Assembly (NCBI GenBank): GCA_037447435.1
Contig: JBBIGR010000009.1
Coordinates: 64,001 to 128,000 of the forward strand
Source of the DNA: Fibrobacteria bacterium
GTDB lineage: Bacteria; Fibrobacterota; Chitinivibrionia; Chitinivibrionales; FEN-1185
Reading direction: 5' to 3'
DNA: 64,000 bases
This document shows, piece by piece, positions 20,143 through 29,930 of this stretch; the stretch's first letter is position 1, and each line of letters begins with the position of its first letter. The notes beneath the pieces were generated by a model that was not told the DNA's origin, did no database searches, and saw only the letters and a list, made by a program, of their open reading frames with translations. Position numbers and translations under genes: made by a program.

Positions 20143-20157
20143 GCAAATAGAATGCCA
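20143..20157 (-). promoter_or_regulatory. Putative sigma-54 promoter of the HD-GYP gene
   Basis: Minus strand reads TGGCATTCTATTTGC (GG-N10-GC), ~32 bp upstream of the ATG. Confidence 0.65.
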
Positions 20158-20268
20158 TGAGTTTTTTAGAGAAAATTAATTTTGTAACTTGTTTTAAAAC
20201 AGGTTGTTGCAAAGAAGTTGGGCTAATAAAATAGCTAGGTCATAATAGGATAAAAGTGACATTTTGTC

Positions 20269-21288
20269 CTATTGAAGATTTTGATTCGATTTGCGCCGAA
20301 ATGCATTTGGATCTATGCAAAGCTGTTTCAATTTATTCAGCAAATTCGGTCTATACATTCCGGCGGCTATGGCAGCCTGATTGATATTTCCCTTATAATG
20401 ATGAAGCAATTTAGTAAAATATTTGACCTCGAAATCATGAAGCATATTTGCTTTTGCTTCCTGATACGATAATTGCGGATTCGCTTCGGGCTCATTGATT
20501 TTTAAAACCGAACGAACCGCTTTTTCGCTTATCGTCTTAAGGCCCATGCTTGCAATGCATATGACTTCAATGGTGTACTGTAATTCGCGCAGGTTTCCGG
20601 GCCATGAATGTTCTACCAACATTTCCAGTGCCATCGGAGAAATCCTTCGCGGAATTTTCGGATCTTCCTTGATGGTGATGAAATGGTCGATAAGGTCGGG
20701 AATGTCTTCGCGATGTTCATGCAAAGGAATCGTTTTAATGACTGCACCGCATATTCGGGACAATAAATCCGTACGAAAGCCGTTGCTAGCGCAACAGGCC
20801 TCAAGATCGATCGTGGTGGCGCAAATGATTCTGACGTCCGCGGCCCGTTCGTCTCTCGACCAATTCGGGGAAAAATATCCTGTGTCAAGTATTTTGAACA
20901 GGGTGTCCTGCATTACAGGGGACATGGCGTTAATTTCGTTTAAAAACAGTGTCGAATGGTTTGCGCATGCAATAAGCCCCATTTTCGCGGGCCATGTGCC
21001 GCCGCTTGCTCCATGGGGATTGCCTAAAAATTCTTCATCTTCGAGATGGGGCGGAATAGTTGCGCAATTGGTACTGATCATGTCGCGGCCTCTTCTCGGC
21101 CCGATTGCATGCAAGGCGGAAGCGATGATGTCTTTTCCGGTACTCGGTTCACCCCATATCAAAACCGGAAATTCGCATGACGCAATGCGGTTTATCTCAC
21201 GGCGAAGCTCCTTCATGTATTGCGATTCGCCCACAAGACCCGGGAAATCTTTTAAAAGAGGATTGCTTTGTACGGATGCTTTTTCCAT
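20269..21288 (-). CDS. Sigma-54-interacting AAA+/Fis-HTH regulator, degenerate
   Basis: LVGES..M, VLIWGEPSTGK, NCA, LFLNEI, DVRIICAT, WPGNLREL, Fis HTH. No receiver domain and no GAFTGA. Confidence 0.88.
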   Translation of the reverse strand: MEKASVQSNPLLKDFPGLVGESQYMKELRREINRIASCEFPVLIWGEPSTGKDIIASALHAIGPRRGRDMISTNCATIPPHLEDEEFLGNPHGASGGTWPAKMGLIACANHSTLFLNEINAMSPVMQDTLFKILDTGYFSPNWSRDERAADVRIICATTIDLEACCASNGFRTDLLSRICGAVIKTIPLHEHREDIPDLIDHFITIKEDPKIPRRISPMALEMLVEHSWPGNLRELQYTIEVICIASMGLKTISEKAVRSVLKINEPEANPQLSYQEAKANMLHDFEVKYFTKLLHHYKGNINQAAIAAGMYRPNLLNKLKQLCIDPNAFRRKSNQNLQ

Positions 21289-21416
21289 AGTATGTTGATT
21301 ATACACAAAGAACTTAATCGATTCAACGGAAAATAACAAAGGAAATTAAACAGAAGAAATCACGCCCCAAATACCGAATAAATATACAATGTCAAAACAC
21401 CGTACCTATTAAAAAA

Positions 21417-22556
21417 TCAATGTTCAAATTCCGACGCGCCGATTGCCGAAAATTCCGCTTCGTGATAGAAGCCTCTTTTTGCCAGAGGCGACGTAAACCA
21501 TTTAACACGGACAGTAGGTTCAAAAATATGGAATGCCGCGCTTAACTGCATGGTATCGGCAATTGCCGTGTTTGAGGGGTTTACCACCAATAAATCCGGT
21601 ACGATTCCTTTACGATGGTAAATTGAATCGGCGCACCCGCAAGCCCGTTTGAAGCGAAGAAAGGTTATTTGGACATCCCGTTTTCCGAATAATTGCCGGT
21701 TGATGACGATTTGGCCGATTCCTTTGCCATACGATGTGTCGCCCACGATCGTGACCGTCGAAGCATTTGAATTGGCTCGACCGTCTTTAAGACCGGCGGC
21801 CATCATTTCAGATGCGCTCGCAGATCCTCGATTCATAAGGATGACCACGTTTTTTCCGACAAGCGTTAGGGGATGGTTCTGTTTCACACTCCAGCGCTCA
21901 TTATACTTTGTCATTGCAGTCCTGGTGTTTTTATCGTAATCGCGGTAGGTAGCAATAATGTAGGTTGTGCCTTGCAAAAGAAAATACGAAAGTATGGAAT
22001 CGACTGTTGAAATTTCTCCGCCGCCGTTTTGGCGTAAATCGATCATGATGTTTGAAAAACGCGACAATGAGGGAAGTACTTTTAAAAACTGCGCATAGGT
22101 ACTGTCTTTCACGAATTCTATGATTTGCAAATAGGCAGTTTTGGCCGTGATGCTGTCGAAAAAAACAGTCGGGCCCGACGACGGAGTCGAAAAAGTTTCG
22201 GAAATAGGGACGCCTGCGTTTCCATAACCCGATGCCGCGGTGTTGTACAACGCGGCATTTATCGTGTCCCTGTACTTCGTGTAAAGAACATGATGCAGGG
22301 TGTCGTTTGTGCTTGCCAAAAGTTTTTCCGGGCTGCTGTAGGTAAATGCATTCGGCGGCAGCGGCAGGCTGTCTTGCCAAATGCTGTAGGTCTTGAGATA
22401 TTGCCAAACGCTTTCGAATTCCAGGAGGTTACTTGAAGGGGGGGCAACAGGGTAGGTACTGCACAAAATGAAGAAAAAGAGCCCTAATGCCGCAAAAAGG
22501 TTTCCCGCCTTGAGGAGGCCTTTGCAAACGCGAAAGATGATCCTTCTGTTTTTCAT
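21417..22556 (-). CDS. S41 family peptidase
   Basis: IDLRQNGGG, SASASE, SYGKG, GIVPD motifs. Confidence 0.9.
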   Translation of the reverse strand: MKNRRIIFRVCKGLLKAGNLFAALGLFFFILCSTYPVAPPSSNLLEFESVWQYLKTYSIWQDSLPLPPNAFTYSSPEKLLASTNDTLHHVLYTKYRDTINAALYNTAASGYGNAGVPISETFSTPSSGPTVFFDSITAKTAYLQIIEFVKDSTYAQFLKVLPSLSRFSNIMIDLRQNGGGEISTVDSILSYFLLQGTTYIIATYRDYDKNTRTAMTKYNERWSVKQNHPLTLVGKNVVILMNRGSASASEMMAAGLKDGRANSNASTVTIVGDTSYGKGIGQIVINRQLFGKRDVQITFLRFKRACGCADSIYHRKGIVPDLLVVNPSNTAIADTMQLSAAFHIFEPTVRVKWFTSPLAKRGFYHEAEFSAIGASEFEH

Positions 22557-23224
22557 CAGCCGCCGGCAGCTTTCCGTATTGCGTCGATTCTCTCTTTGTA
22601 ATTTGGAGCCTTAAACACATAATTTCCGGCAACAAACACATTGGCGCCGCTTTGTGCGCACAGCGCCGCCGTTTCATTATTTATCCCGCCGTCGACTTCG
22701 ATGTCGAGGGCTAAACCGTAAGTCTTTTTTTCGTCAGCGATTGCCTTGATTTTAGGGAGCATTTCGCGTATGAACGATTGGCCGCCGAAGCCGGCATATA
22801 CGGTCATGATAAGCGCCTGGTCCATGTTCCGTAAAAAAGGGATAAGCAGGTCGGTACTTTTGTCCGGGTTTACCGATGCGCCGCATTTAACGCCCCGTTT
22901 ACGGATGTCGGAGAGTACCGCGGCCAAATCGGGGCATGTTTCGGCATGAACCATAAGAATGTCGGATCCTGCGTCGCAATAATTTGCGATATATTTTTGC
23001 GGGTTGGAAATCATTAAATGAACGTCCAAAGGAATGGAAACGCATTTTTTCACCGCTTCGATGATAAACGGCCCGAAGGTAAGGTTTGGAACGAAATGGC
23101 CGTCCATGACATCGCAATGGATCCGGTCGGCACCGCTTGCTTCAGCGTCTTTGACTGCTTTCTCGATATTGCGGAAATCTGCGGACAAAATCGACGGGGC
23201 AATTAAAACAGGCGAAGGGTTCAT
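22556..23224 (-). CDS. rpe: Ribulose-phosphate 3-epimerase
   Basis: IAPSILSADF, HCDVMDGHFVPN, DVHLM, GFGGQ, VDGGI motifs. Confidence 0.97.
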   Translation of the reverse strand: MNPSPVLIAPSILSADFRNIEKAVKDAEASGADRIHCDVMDGHFVPNLTFGPFIIEAVKKCVSIPLDVHLMISNPQKYIANYCDAGSDILMVHAETCPDLAAVLSDIRKRGVKCGASVNPDKSTDLLIPFLRNMDQALIMTVYAGFGGQSFIREMLPKIKAIADEKKTYGLALDIEVDGGINNETAALCAQSGANVFVAGNYVFKAPNYKERIDAIRKAAGG

Positions 23225-23250
23225 TGTAAACCATCCTTAACAAATCAAAG

Positions 23251-23874
23251 TTACTTTTTGGAAAAAGACAACGGTTCCGCCATTTGCTTCACGACGTTCC
23301 AGTTCGCAGCGACATAATCGTATACCGAAAGTATTGTTACGGTCACCGGAACCAGCATGACCCAAAATCCGGGATGACGTCCCCATAGCTTTTCGGGAAT
23401 CCACGGCACCTTGTACGATATGCCAAGGCATATGAATAAAACCACGAAGGCGCCGATCGCCTGCACCACCGCTTTGAGTTTGCCGGCCTGACGGGCCGCA
23501 AGAACGGTGCCGTTGTAAGCGCACATCATCCGTAAAATGGACAAAAACGCATCGCGGTATAAAAACACCAGGCACATCCATAGCGGAATAATATGTGCAG
23601 AACAAACCATAAACGAAAGGAAAATGGTTTGCCTGGAAAGACTGTCGGCCATGGGGTCGAGTAATTTCCCGAAATCGGAAACCATGTTTTGCGACCGTGC
23701 GATAAAGCCGTCCAATGCGTCGGATAATTCTATGAGGCAAACCAGCGCAATGGAAATCCAGAGCCAAAGAATCGGCGATTGCGCATGAAAACTTCGTATA
23801 AAAAAATAGGCGAAAATCGGCGCGATAATGATTCGTGAAATGGTAAGCGCATTGGCAAGATTGAATTTTCGCAT
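23251..23874 (-). CDS. pgsA: CDP-alcohol phosphatidyltransferase (PgsA-like)
   Basis: NxLTxxR and D.LDG.IAR...S.FG..LDP.AD motifs; start overlaps the stop of the upstream gene. Confidence 0.85.
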   Translation of the reverse strand: MRKFNLANALTISRIIIAPIFAYFFIRSFHAQSPILWLWISIALVCLIELSDALDGFIARSQNMVSDFGKLLDPMADSLSRQTIFLSFMVCSAHIIPLWMCLVFLYRDAFLSILRMMCAYNGTVLAARQAGKLKAVVQAIGAFVVLFICLGISYKVPWIPEKLWGRHPGFWVMLVPVTVTILSVYDYVAANWNVVKQMAEPLSFSKK

Positions 23875-24791
23875 TACGTTCCTTGCTTTGTTTGGGGTTC
23901 TTGGATAACCGCGGCTATCGATGCTTTGCTGTTGCAACCGAACTGTTTCCAAATATGATTGCATTTTGCGGTGAAAAGGCAGACGATCGTCGCATTTGCA
24001 TAGTGCTTCCCGAATTCCGAAAGTACATAATAATTTGCCTGGCCTTTTGCGAGTATCAAATCGGCATCGGATAACGCCGTCGACAACTCTTCGCTCATTT
24101 CCTTGAACGATATCCCGAGCGTATCGGGTCCTGCCAAAATAAGGGTTGCAACGTCCTGCAATCCGGCTTCTTGCGCGTCGGACAGTACCGCGTCGCTGGT
24201 AATGGGGCCGCCCCGCATGGGTACGGTTATTGTTGCGCCGTTTATTTTCATGGCACGCAGTAACAGTTTGTCGAAAGGTAATTCCCCCACGTTGTCGGGG
24301 ATATACACGATACGTTTTGCCTGTAAAACCGCTTCGTAAATCTGCTTCGTCTCGTCAACGGTCAGGCCTGTGGCATAATATGAGGTTATGCTTTTTTCAA
24401 TAGCGCCTGCGTTCAGCTCGTAGCCGATGCCTGCGGTTCTGAAATCAAGACTGTTGGACGCGATCGCCCATCGCAACAGAAACGAAAATTTGTCCAATCC
24501 GGTTTTGAATGCAGACTCTTTTTCAACGTTTTCTGCAATGGCCATTCCTGCGCTCAGACAGGCTTTTCGCATTTCGGCAAACGGCATTGCGAGTGCAAGA
24601 TGCCGCTTTATTATCCTATGCAAATCGGTAATAAAATATGACGGCGGTACTTCGTCGGCAATATGCGTCGTCAGGTATAAAAGCACTTCCTGCATTATGG
24701 ATGTCGATTGTTTCTGGGAAACGCCCAGCATATCGACAGCGCCTACAACATCGTCAATAAGGCACGAAAGGCATTGTGTCACGAATTTCAT
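23874..24791 (-). CDS. DUF89 / ARMT1-like damage-control phosphatase
   Basis: CxxC N-terminus; N.LD, DNVGE..FD, KGQANY, KC motifs. Confidence 0.88.
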   Translation of the reverse strand: MKFVTQCLSCLIDDVVGAVDMLGVSQKQSTSIMQEVLLYLTTHIADEVPPSYFITDLHRIIKRHLALAMPFAEMRKACLSAGMAIAENVEKESAFKTGLDKFSFLLRWAIASNSLDFRTAGIGYELNAGAIEKSITSYYATGLTVDETKQIYEAVLQAKRIVYIPDNVGELPFDKLLLRAMKINGATITVPMRGGPITSDAVLSDAQEAGLQDVATLILAGPDTLGISFKEMSEELSTALSDADLILAKGQANYYVLSEFGKHYANATIVCLFTAKCNHIWKQFGCNSKASIAAVIQEPQTKQGT

Positions 24792-24961
24792 ATTTATAAA
24801 ATAACTAACCCCGCGCGTCGTTGCAGAATTTCTATATAGATACTAATCCATCCGCTTTGCAGACGGCTTGCCGTCGCTTTGATAATAAATCGGCCTTGCC
24901 TTTATTTCCCCATTCTTATATAATGGGAAAAGCAGGGAAATTGTTTTCCAAAGGAGTCATA

Positions 24962-27877
24962 ATGCGTTGGATTAAGCGAATTTTGAAAAGCTTGCTCATC
25001 GGCTCTGCCATGGGTATCGGCGTCGCCTTATTCACGAATCTCTTTTTCACCGATCTCATCAACCGCCTGGAAGATCAAACCTATTACATGCGGTATCGCT
25101 GGGAATTCGACGAGCAGGGCTCGAATAAAAACCATGCCAAAATCGAGGAAAACGACAACGGCATATGCATCATCGACATCGACGAGAGAAGTCAGCATAA
25201 GCTGGGCAAATATTGGAATTGGGACCGGTCGTTCCATGCGCAAATGATCAAATCGCTGGAAAAGCATAATCCGGCTGCGGTCGTATTCGACGTCATGTTT
25301 TTCGATCCCGAAGACAAGAACTATGTGACCCGCATCGACAAATTGCTTGATCAATGCAAAGAGCGGAATTCCGGTTTTGCGGTACCCGACAATATTTACA
25401 AACCGCTTACCGCAACGATCGATTACGACGAACAATTCGTACGCGCGACAAAAGAGGGCGGTAACGTCATCCATGCGCTCATGATGGCCGACAAATGGGA
25501 TTATCCGGAATACGCGCAATCGCAAATCGAACCGAAAATGACCATGGCGTGGCACGATTCCCTGCACCCCTCGTCGGCGATTTCGCTTCCGAATGAAAAA
25601 CGGAACGACTTGCGCGACAAAAAGCCGGTCATCGACGGCACGTTCCCGCAACTGGCGCGCGCGGCCCGCGATGTCGGTTTTGTCAATATTCCCAAGAACA
25701 AGGACGGTGTGATACGCGAAATACCGCTCATGTACGGATTCGGGAACAATTCGCCGGTATACCTTCCGATAAGCGTCCGGACAGTCGCGACGCTGTTCGG
25801 TACGCCCAATAAGGAAATCAACTTCGAGCCCGGCAAATATATCGATATCGGAAAACCTTTCAAGGCATTCAAGGATTCTCTCGGCATATTGACGTTTTCT
25901 TATCCCAACGTGACCGCGTTGCAGGTAAAGGCAATCATAGACAAAAGCCAAAACATCAAGGCTTGTCTTCCGGGGAAAACCGTCGATGTCAGCGCCCAGC
26001 TTAAAATCGGCAAAGACAGCGCGGGCAATGCGTTCGTGGATATGTATTGCGGTAATTTTCCCCTTTCCGTGGCCTCGGCGCTCATGCGCTGCGATGTGGC
26101 GAAAATTGCCGGGCTTGTCAAAGGTGATTCATTGGTACTTGGGCCTTCCGTTTTATTGAAACGGAATTCCGACGTCGATTGGGTGTTGACCGCTCCCGAA
26201 GGAGACGGTGAGTGGTATTTGTCTAAGCTCGATTTCGAAACCATACAAAGGATTTCACCGTCCGATTTCGACGCGATAAAACCCGGGACAACCAAACTCG
26301 TGTTTTTCGCTTTTTCCGTGAAAAACAAGGACGGCGTTCTTTCCTCGACCCTGCCGGTCATGAATCATTCGGTTCTTACCGATTTATGCACGACGTCATG
26401 GAACGCCATTTCTTCCATGCCTGCGGGTATGCGAATGGATTTCGGGAAAACGGTGCGCATTCCTCTGGGGAGAGATAACCGTCATATCGTGACGTATTTC
26501 GGTCCCAAAGCCAAGACTTTCAAATATTACAGCTATTACGATATCATGAAGGACCGGGTCCAGGGTGCGCTGGACGGTAAAATATTTTTGGTCGGCGCAA
26601 CGGTCCAGGGGTTATTCGATATCGTGTCAACGCCCATAGACAACAATTATCCGGGAGTCGAGGTCCACGCGTCGCTGATAAATTCTTTTATGACAAATAC
26701 GTTCGTGACGCGGTTGTCGCAATGGCAGGACTTTTTCATTCTGCTTGCGGTCGGCGTGGTAATCGGATTTTTGTCGTATTTCCTGAAACCGCTTTTCGGC
26801 TCCATTCTCAGTCTGGCTGCGGTGTTCGTCTATTTTGTCATTGCGATGACACTCTTCGGCGGCAACCATTTGTGGATCGAAATCGCCAGGCCGATCCTTG
26901 CCATCGTCATTACGTTTACCGCGGTCATGGCGTACCGGTATATTACCGAAGAGAAAGACCGGAAATTTTTGCAAAGTACCTTTAAGCAATATTTGTCGCC
27001 CGATCTCATCGATATGATGTACAATTCGAAACAGCAGCCGAAGCTCGGTGGCGACGAGGGCATTCGTACGGCCTATTTTACCGACATACAGGGCTTTTCG
27101 ACCTTTTCCGAAAAATTGGGTTCGCCCACGAGGCTGGTCGAACTTCTCAACGAATACCTCACGGAAATGACGAACGTCCTGCTTTCGCATTACGGAACGC
27201 TAGACAAATACGAAGGCGACGCGATCATCGCCTTTTTCGGCGCGCCCATGCCCATGGAAGACCATGCGAAACAAGCCTGTCTCACCGCGCTCGATATGCA
27301 AAACAAACTCGGCGGTCTGCGTAAGAAATGGATTTCCGAAGGAGATAAGTGGCCGCAAATCGTGCATGAAATGCGCATGCGCATCGGCATCAACAGCGGT
27401 CCAATCGTTACCGGCAATATGGGTTCGAAAACGCGCATGAACTATACCATGATGGGCGATACGGTCAACCTTGCGGCGCGTTTGGAAAGTGCGGCCAAGC
27501 AATACGGCGTATTCGCGATGATAAGCCATTTTACCTACGACATGGTCAAAGACGATTTTGAAGTCCGTCAGCTCGATAAGATTACGGTTGTGGGTAAATC
27601 GGAGCCTGTTGTAATTTATGAACTGATAGCGGAAAAAGGCAAAGCAACGCCCGATATCGCGAAAATGGTCGAATTGTACTCGAACGGTCTTGCCGCTTTT
27701 TACAAACAGGATTGGGACAAGGCCATAGAAATCCTTACGGAATCCGACAAATTGGAACCGTATCGTTTGGTTGCGAAAACGACGCCCAGCAAGGAACTGA
27801 TTAAAAATTGCGAGCGATATAAACAGGAACCGCCGGGCCCGAATTGGGACGGCGTCAATAAATTGACATCGAAATAA
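24962..27877 (+). CDS. CHASE2-domain class III adenylate cyclase with large internal insertion
   Basis: IIDIDE, FDVMF, D.DGVIR, PGVEVHA (CHASE2); three TM helices; FTDIQGFS, DKYEGDA, YTMMGDTVNLAARLE; C-terminal WDGV. AAGGAG RBS before the ATG at 24962. Confidence 0.93.
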   Translation: MRWIKRILKSLLIGSAMGIGVALFTNLFFTDLINRLEDQTYYMRYRWEFDEQGSNKNHAKIEENDNGICIIDIDERSQHKLGKYWNWDRSFHAQMIKSLEKHNPAAVVFDVMFFDPEDKNYVTRIDKLLDQCKERNSGFAVPDNIYKPLTATIDYDEQFVRATKEGGNVIHALMMADKWDYPEYAQSQIEPKMTMAWHDSLHPSSAISLPNEKRNDLRDKKPVIDGTFPQLARAARDVGFVNIPKNKDGVIREIPLMYGFGNNSPVYLPISVRTVATLFGTPNKEINFEPGKYIDIGKPFKAFKDSLGILTFSYPNVTALQVKAIIDKSQNIKACLPGKTVDVSAQLKIGKDSAGNAFVDMYCGNFPLSVASALMRCDVAKIAGLVKGDSLVLGPSVLLKRNSDVDWVLTAPEGDGEWYLSKLDFETIQRISPSDFDAIKPGTTKLVFFAFSVKNKDGVLSSTLPVMNHSVLTDLCTTSWNAISSMPAGMRMDFGKTVRIPLGRDNRHIVTYFGPKAKTFKYYSYYDIMKDRVQGALDGKIFLVGATVQGLFDIVSTPIDNNYPGVEVHASLINSFMTNTFVTRLSQWQDFFILLAVGVVIGFLSYFLKPLFGSILSLAAVFVYFVIAMTLFGGNHLWIEIARPILAIVITFTAVMAYRYITEEKDRKFLQSTFKQYLSPDLIDMMYNSKQQPKLGGDEGIRTAYFTDIQGFSTFSEKLGSPTRLVELLNEYLTEMTNVLLSHYGTLDKYEGDAIIAFFGAPMPMEDHAKQACLTALDMQNKLGGLRKKWISEGDKWPQIVHEMRMRIGINSGPIVTGNMGSKTRMNYTMMGDTVNLAARLESAAKQYGVFAMISHFTYDMVKDDFEVRQLDKITVVGKSEPVVIYELIAEKGKATPDIAKMVELYSNGLAAFYKQDWDKAIEILTESDKLEPYRLVAKTTPSKELIKNCERYKQEPPGPNWDGVNKLTSK

Positions 27878-27897
27878 TCCTTTCAAAGGAGTTTGCC

Positions 27898-28104
27898 ATG
27901 TTGTGGAAAATTATTTTGTTACCGTTTTGGATTGTCAAGAAGGGATTGGGACTCATATTCATGCTGCTGAAGCTTGCGCTCGGCGTCGTCAGGCTCATTT
28001 TCGGCAGAAGAATAATCGCCCTGGGGATTTTGGTCGGCGGTTTCTTTTTAGGAAAGAAAATCCTGAAAGAAAAAATCGAATCCGAAAAGTCCGATCCTTC
28101 TTAA
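27898..28104 (+). CDS. Small hydrophobic membrane protein
   Basis: AAGGAG RBS; amphipathic/hydrophobic 68 aa; fills the gap between flanking genes. Confidence 0.6.
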   Translation: MLWKIILLPFWIVKKGLGLIFMLLKLALGVVRLIFGRRIIALGILVGGFFLGKKILKEKIESEKSDPS

Positions 28105-28946
28105 GCAACATTCCCCTTAGGGGCTTGATGGCCGGCGTAACAGTACCAACAGCGATGCAAACATCGCTGTTGGTACGATCCGATGTCCCTGCTTTCGCCG
28201 CATCCGCATCCGATCCTCGTGGGCGCGGGCAAAAGCGTCCGATGAATGCCGAAACGGTCTGTTTCGCGTAAAATATCATCGTCGATGCAATGTGCCTGCA
28301 AAACGCCCGTGTCAATTGACGGGATTTCTGGATTGCAGCAATTGCAAAGCCTCATTCCCGCATCGGCGGCAGCTTTCGACAACGCCGCGACGATGGTCGC
28401 CTTTTCCGTATCGCTGAATTCCTCAAAGGCGATGCTTTGCTTTTTTAATTTGGCATACATTGTCATGAAAGAAAAGTAGCATCGCGAAATCCCGGCTTTG
28501 GCCATAATCGGAAGAATTTTGAAAAAACCCTGCGAGTTGGTCACCGAATCGCCTGCTTTGTTTTTGTATTTGCAAATAGGGTCATAGCGCCACAGAACCC
28601 GTTGCGGACCAACCATATCGCAGAGCGCTCGTACGGTATCTAAACGCGTTTGCAGGGGCGCGACATGCGGCTCAAGCTCGCCCCCGTCGTTGAGGGTGAA
28701 GTGAAACAGCGCGTTGTTGTTTTTGATCAGGGAGCCGAAATCGGGGTGCTTGATAAAACGAGAAAAATCCTTGGACCAGAAAACAAACCCCAACACGTCC
28801 GGTTGTCGAAGGGAAACCGTGTACGAGCGGCCGTATCCTCCGTCGTAGGTGATTTCCCCCTTGTTCCAGGCGTCGAAAAATTCCTCGTAAAAAAAACAGG
28901 GGATATCGGTGCGCCGGGAAACGGAGATATACCGGGGCACCGTCAA
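28101..28946 (-). CDS. DUF1848 family protein (radical-SAM-like, C-terminal Cys cluster)
   Basis: ISVSRRTDIP, FWSK, WRYDPI, CID, CGC.ES.DIG.Y..C.H.C.YCYA motifs. Confidence 0.92.
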   Translation of the reverse strand: MTVPRYISVSRRTDIPCFFYEEFFDAWNKGEITYDGGYGRSYTVSLRQPDVLGFVFWSKDFSRFIKHPDFGSLIKNNNALFHFTLNDGGELEPHVAPLQTRLDTVRALCDMVGPQRVLWRYDPICKYKNKAGDSVTNSQGFFKILPIMAKAGISRCYFSFMTMYAKLKKQSIAFEEFSDTEKATIVAALSKAAADAGMRLCNCCNPEIPSIDTGVLQAHCIDDDILRETDRFGIHRTLLPAPTRIGCGCGESRDIGSYQQRCLHRCWYCYAGHQAPKGNVA

Positions 28947-29770
28947 TCGATTCCGAGCTTCGCGGTCAAGCGTGCCAGGCCCTTTTCATCGAGGCCGGTA
29001 TCTTTACCTTTAAGAAGCTTTCGCAATGCAGCCATTTCGCTTTGTGAAAAGCGGACGCCGTTTAAAATATGATCGTCGAATGCTTCAAACACTATAGGGC
29101 AAACGGTCCGGGCGATTTTGTTGATGGCTTCCGCATAAACCCTGATTTCCATTTGCGCATGCGGATCGAGCCTGAGGGCAAGGAACCGCAATAGATTATG
29201 AAGGTCTATTTGCCAAAACCATTCGGTATACAGCGACAACGGCAGGTCCACCCGCGCCAGTTCGCGTGCAATATTATGTGAAAGCAACTTTTCGTACGTC
29301 TCATAGGATTCTTGTTGATGCTTCGACAATAAGGCTATGACCTGCTTTTGAATTTTAGGGTCGACCTTGTCTTTGGCACGCCCCTGTTTGTTGTTTTCGC
29401 TTTGAAACGCGATGTCTTTTGCCGCCGGGAGGTAAAACTCCGATTTCATGACGCTGTAACGACCCGAAATTTCATTCACTCGTGCGGTGCGGTGTCGTAT
29501 CCACTGGCGCGCGACAAAAATCGGAAGCTTGACATGAAAGGTAAACACGACCTGTTCGAACGGCGAGGTGTGGTCGTTGCGAAGCAGATAATTGATGAGC
29601 CCTTTGTCTTCCCGGAATGTCTTGGTGCCTTTGCCGTACGAAACGCGGGCCGATTGTACGATGCGGTCGTCGTTGCCGAGATAATCAACGAGCCGTACGA
29701 ACCCTTTGTCAAGGACCTTGAACGGTTTGTCCAATATTTTTTCAGCTTCTGGGGAAATGCAATGTGCCAT
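28943..29770 (-). CDS. thyX: FAD-dependent thymidylate synthase
   Basis: ARVSY, H.SPFE, RHRTARVNEISGRY, ARELAR..LP, HAQ.EIR motifs. Confidence 0.97.
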   Translation of the reverse strand: MAHCISPEAEKILDKPFKVLDKGFVRLVDYLGNDDRIVQSARVSYGKGTKTFREDKGLINYLLRNDHTSPFEQVVFTFHVKLPIFVARQWIRHRTARVNEISGRYSVMKSEFYLPAAKDIAFQSENNKQGRAKDKVDPKIQKQVIALLSKHQQESYETYEKLLSHNIARELARVDLPLSLYTEWFWQIDLHNLLRFLALRLDPHAQMEIRVYAEAINKIARTVCPIVFEAFDDHILNGVRFSQSEMAALRKLLKGKDTGLDEKGLARLTAKLGID

Positions 29771-29930
29771 TGGGTACCTTTGCAAAAAAAGGATATTACG
29801 GAAAATATCTCCGCGCCCCGCGTAGATACATTCACCGCAACAACTTCAAAGTTCAGAATACTAAAATATAAAAAGCCTACGATGTTGGGAAAACCGAAAT
29901 AAAAAAACAGCGTATCAAACGAGGAATAAG

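Noticed and set aside
25028..25951. 307-aa - strand ORF (and similar ORFs opposite ffh, trmD, ahcY, UPF0182 and the sigma gene)
   Set aside because: Antisense shadows of well-supported genes.
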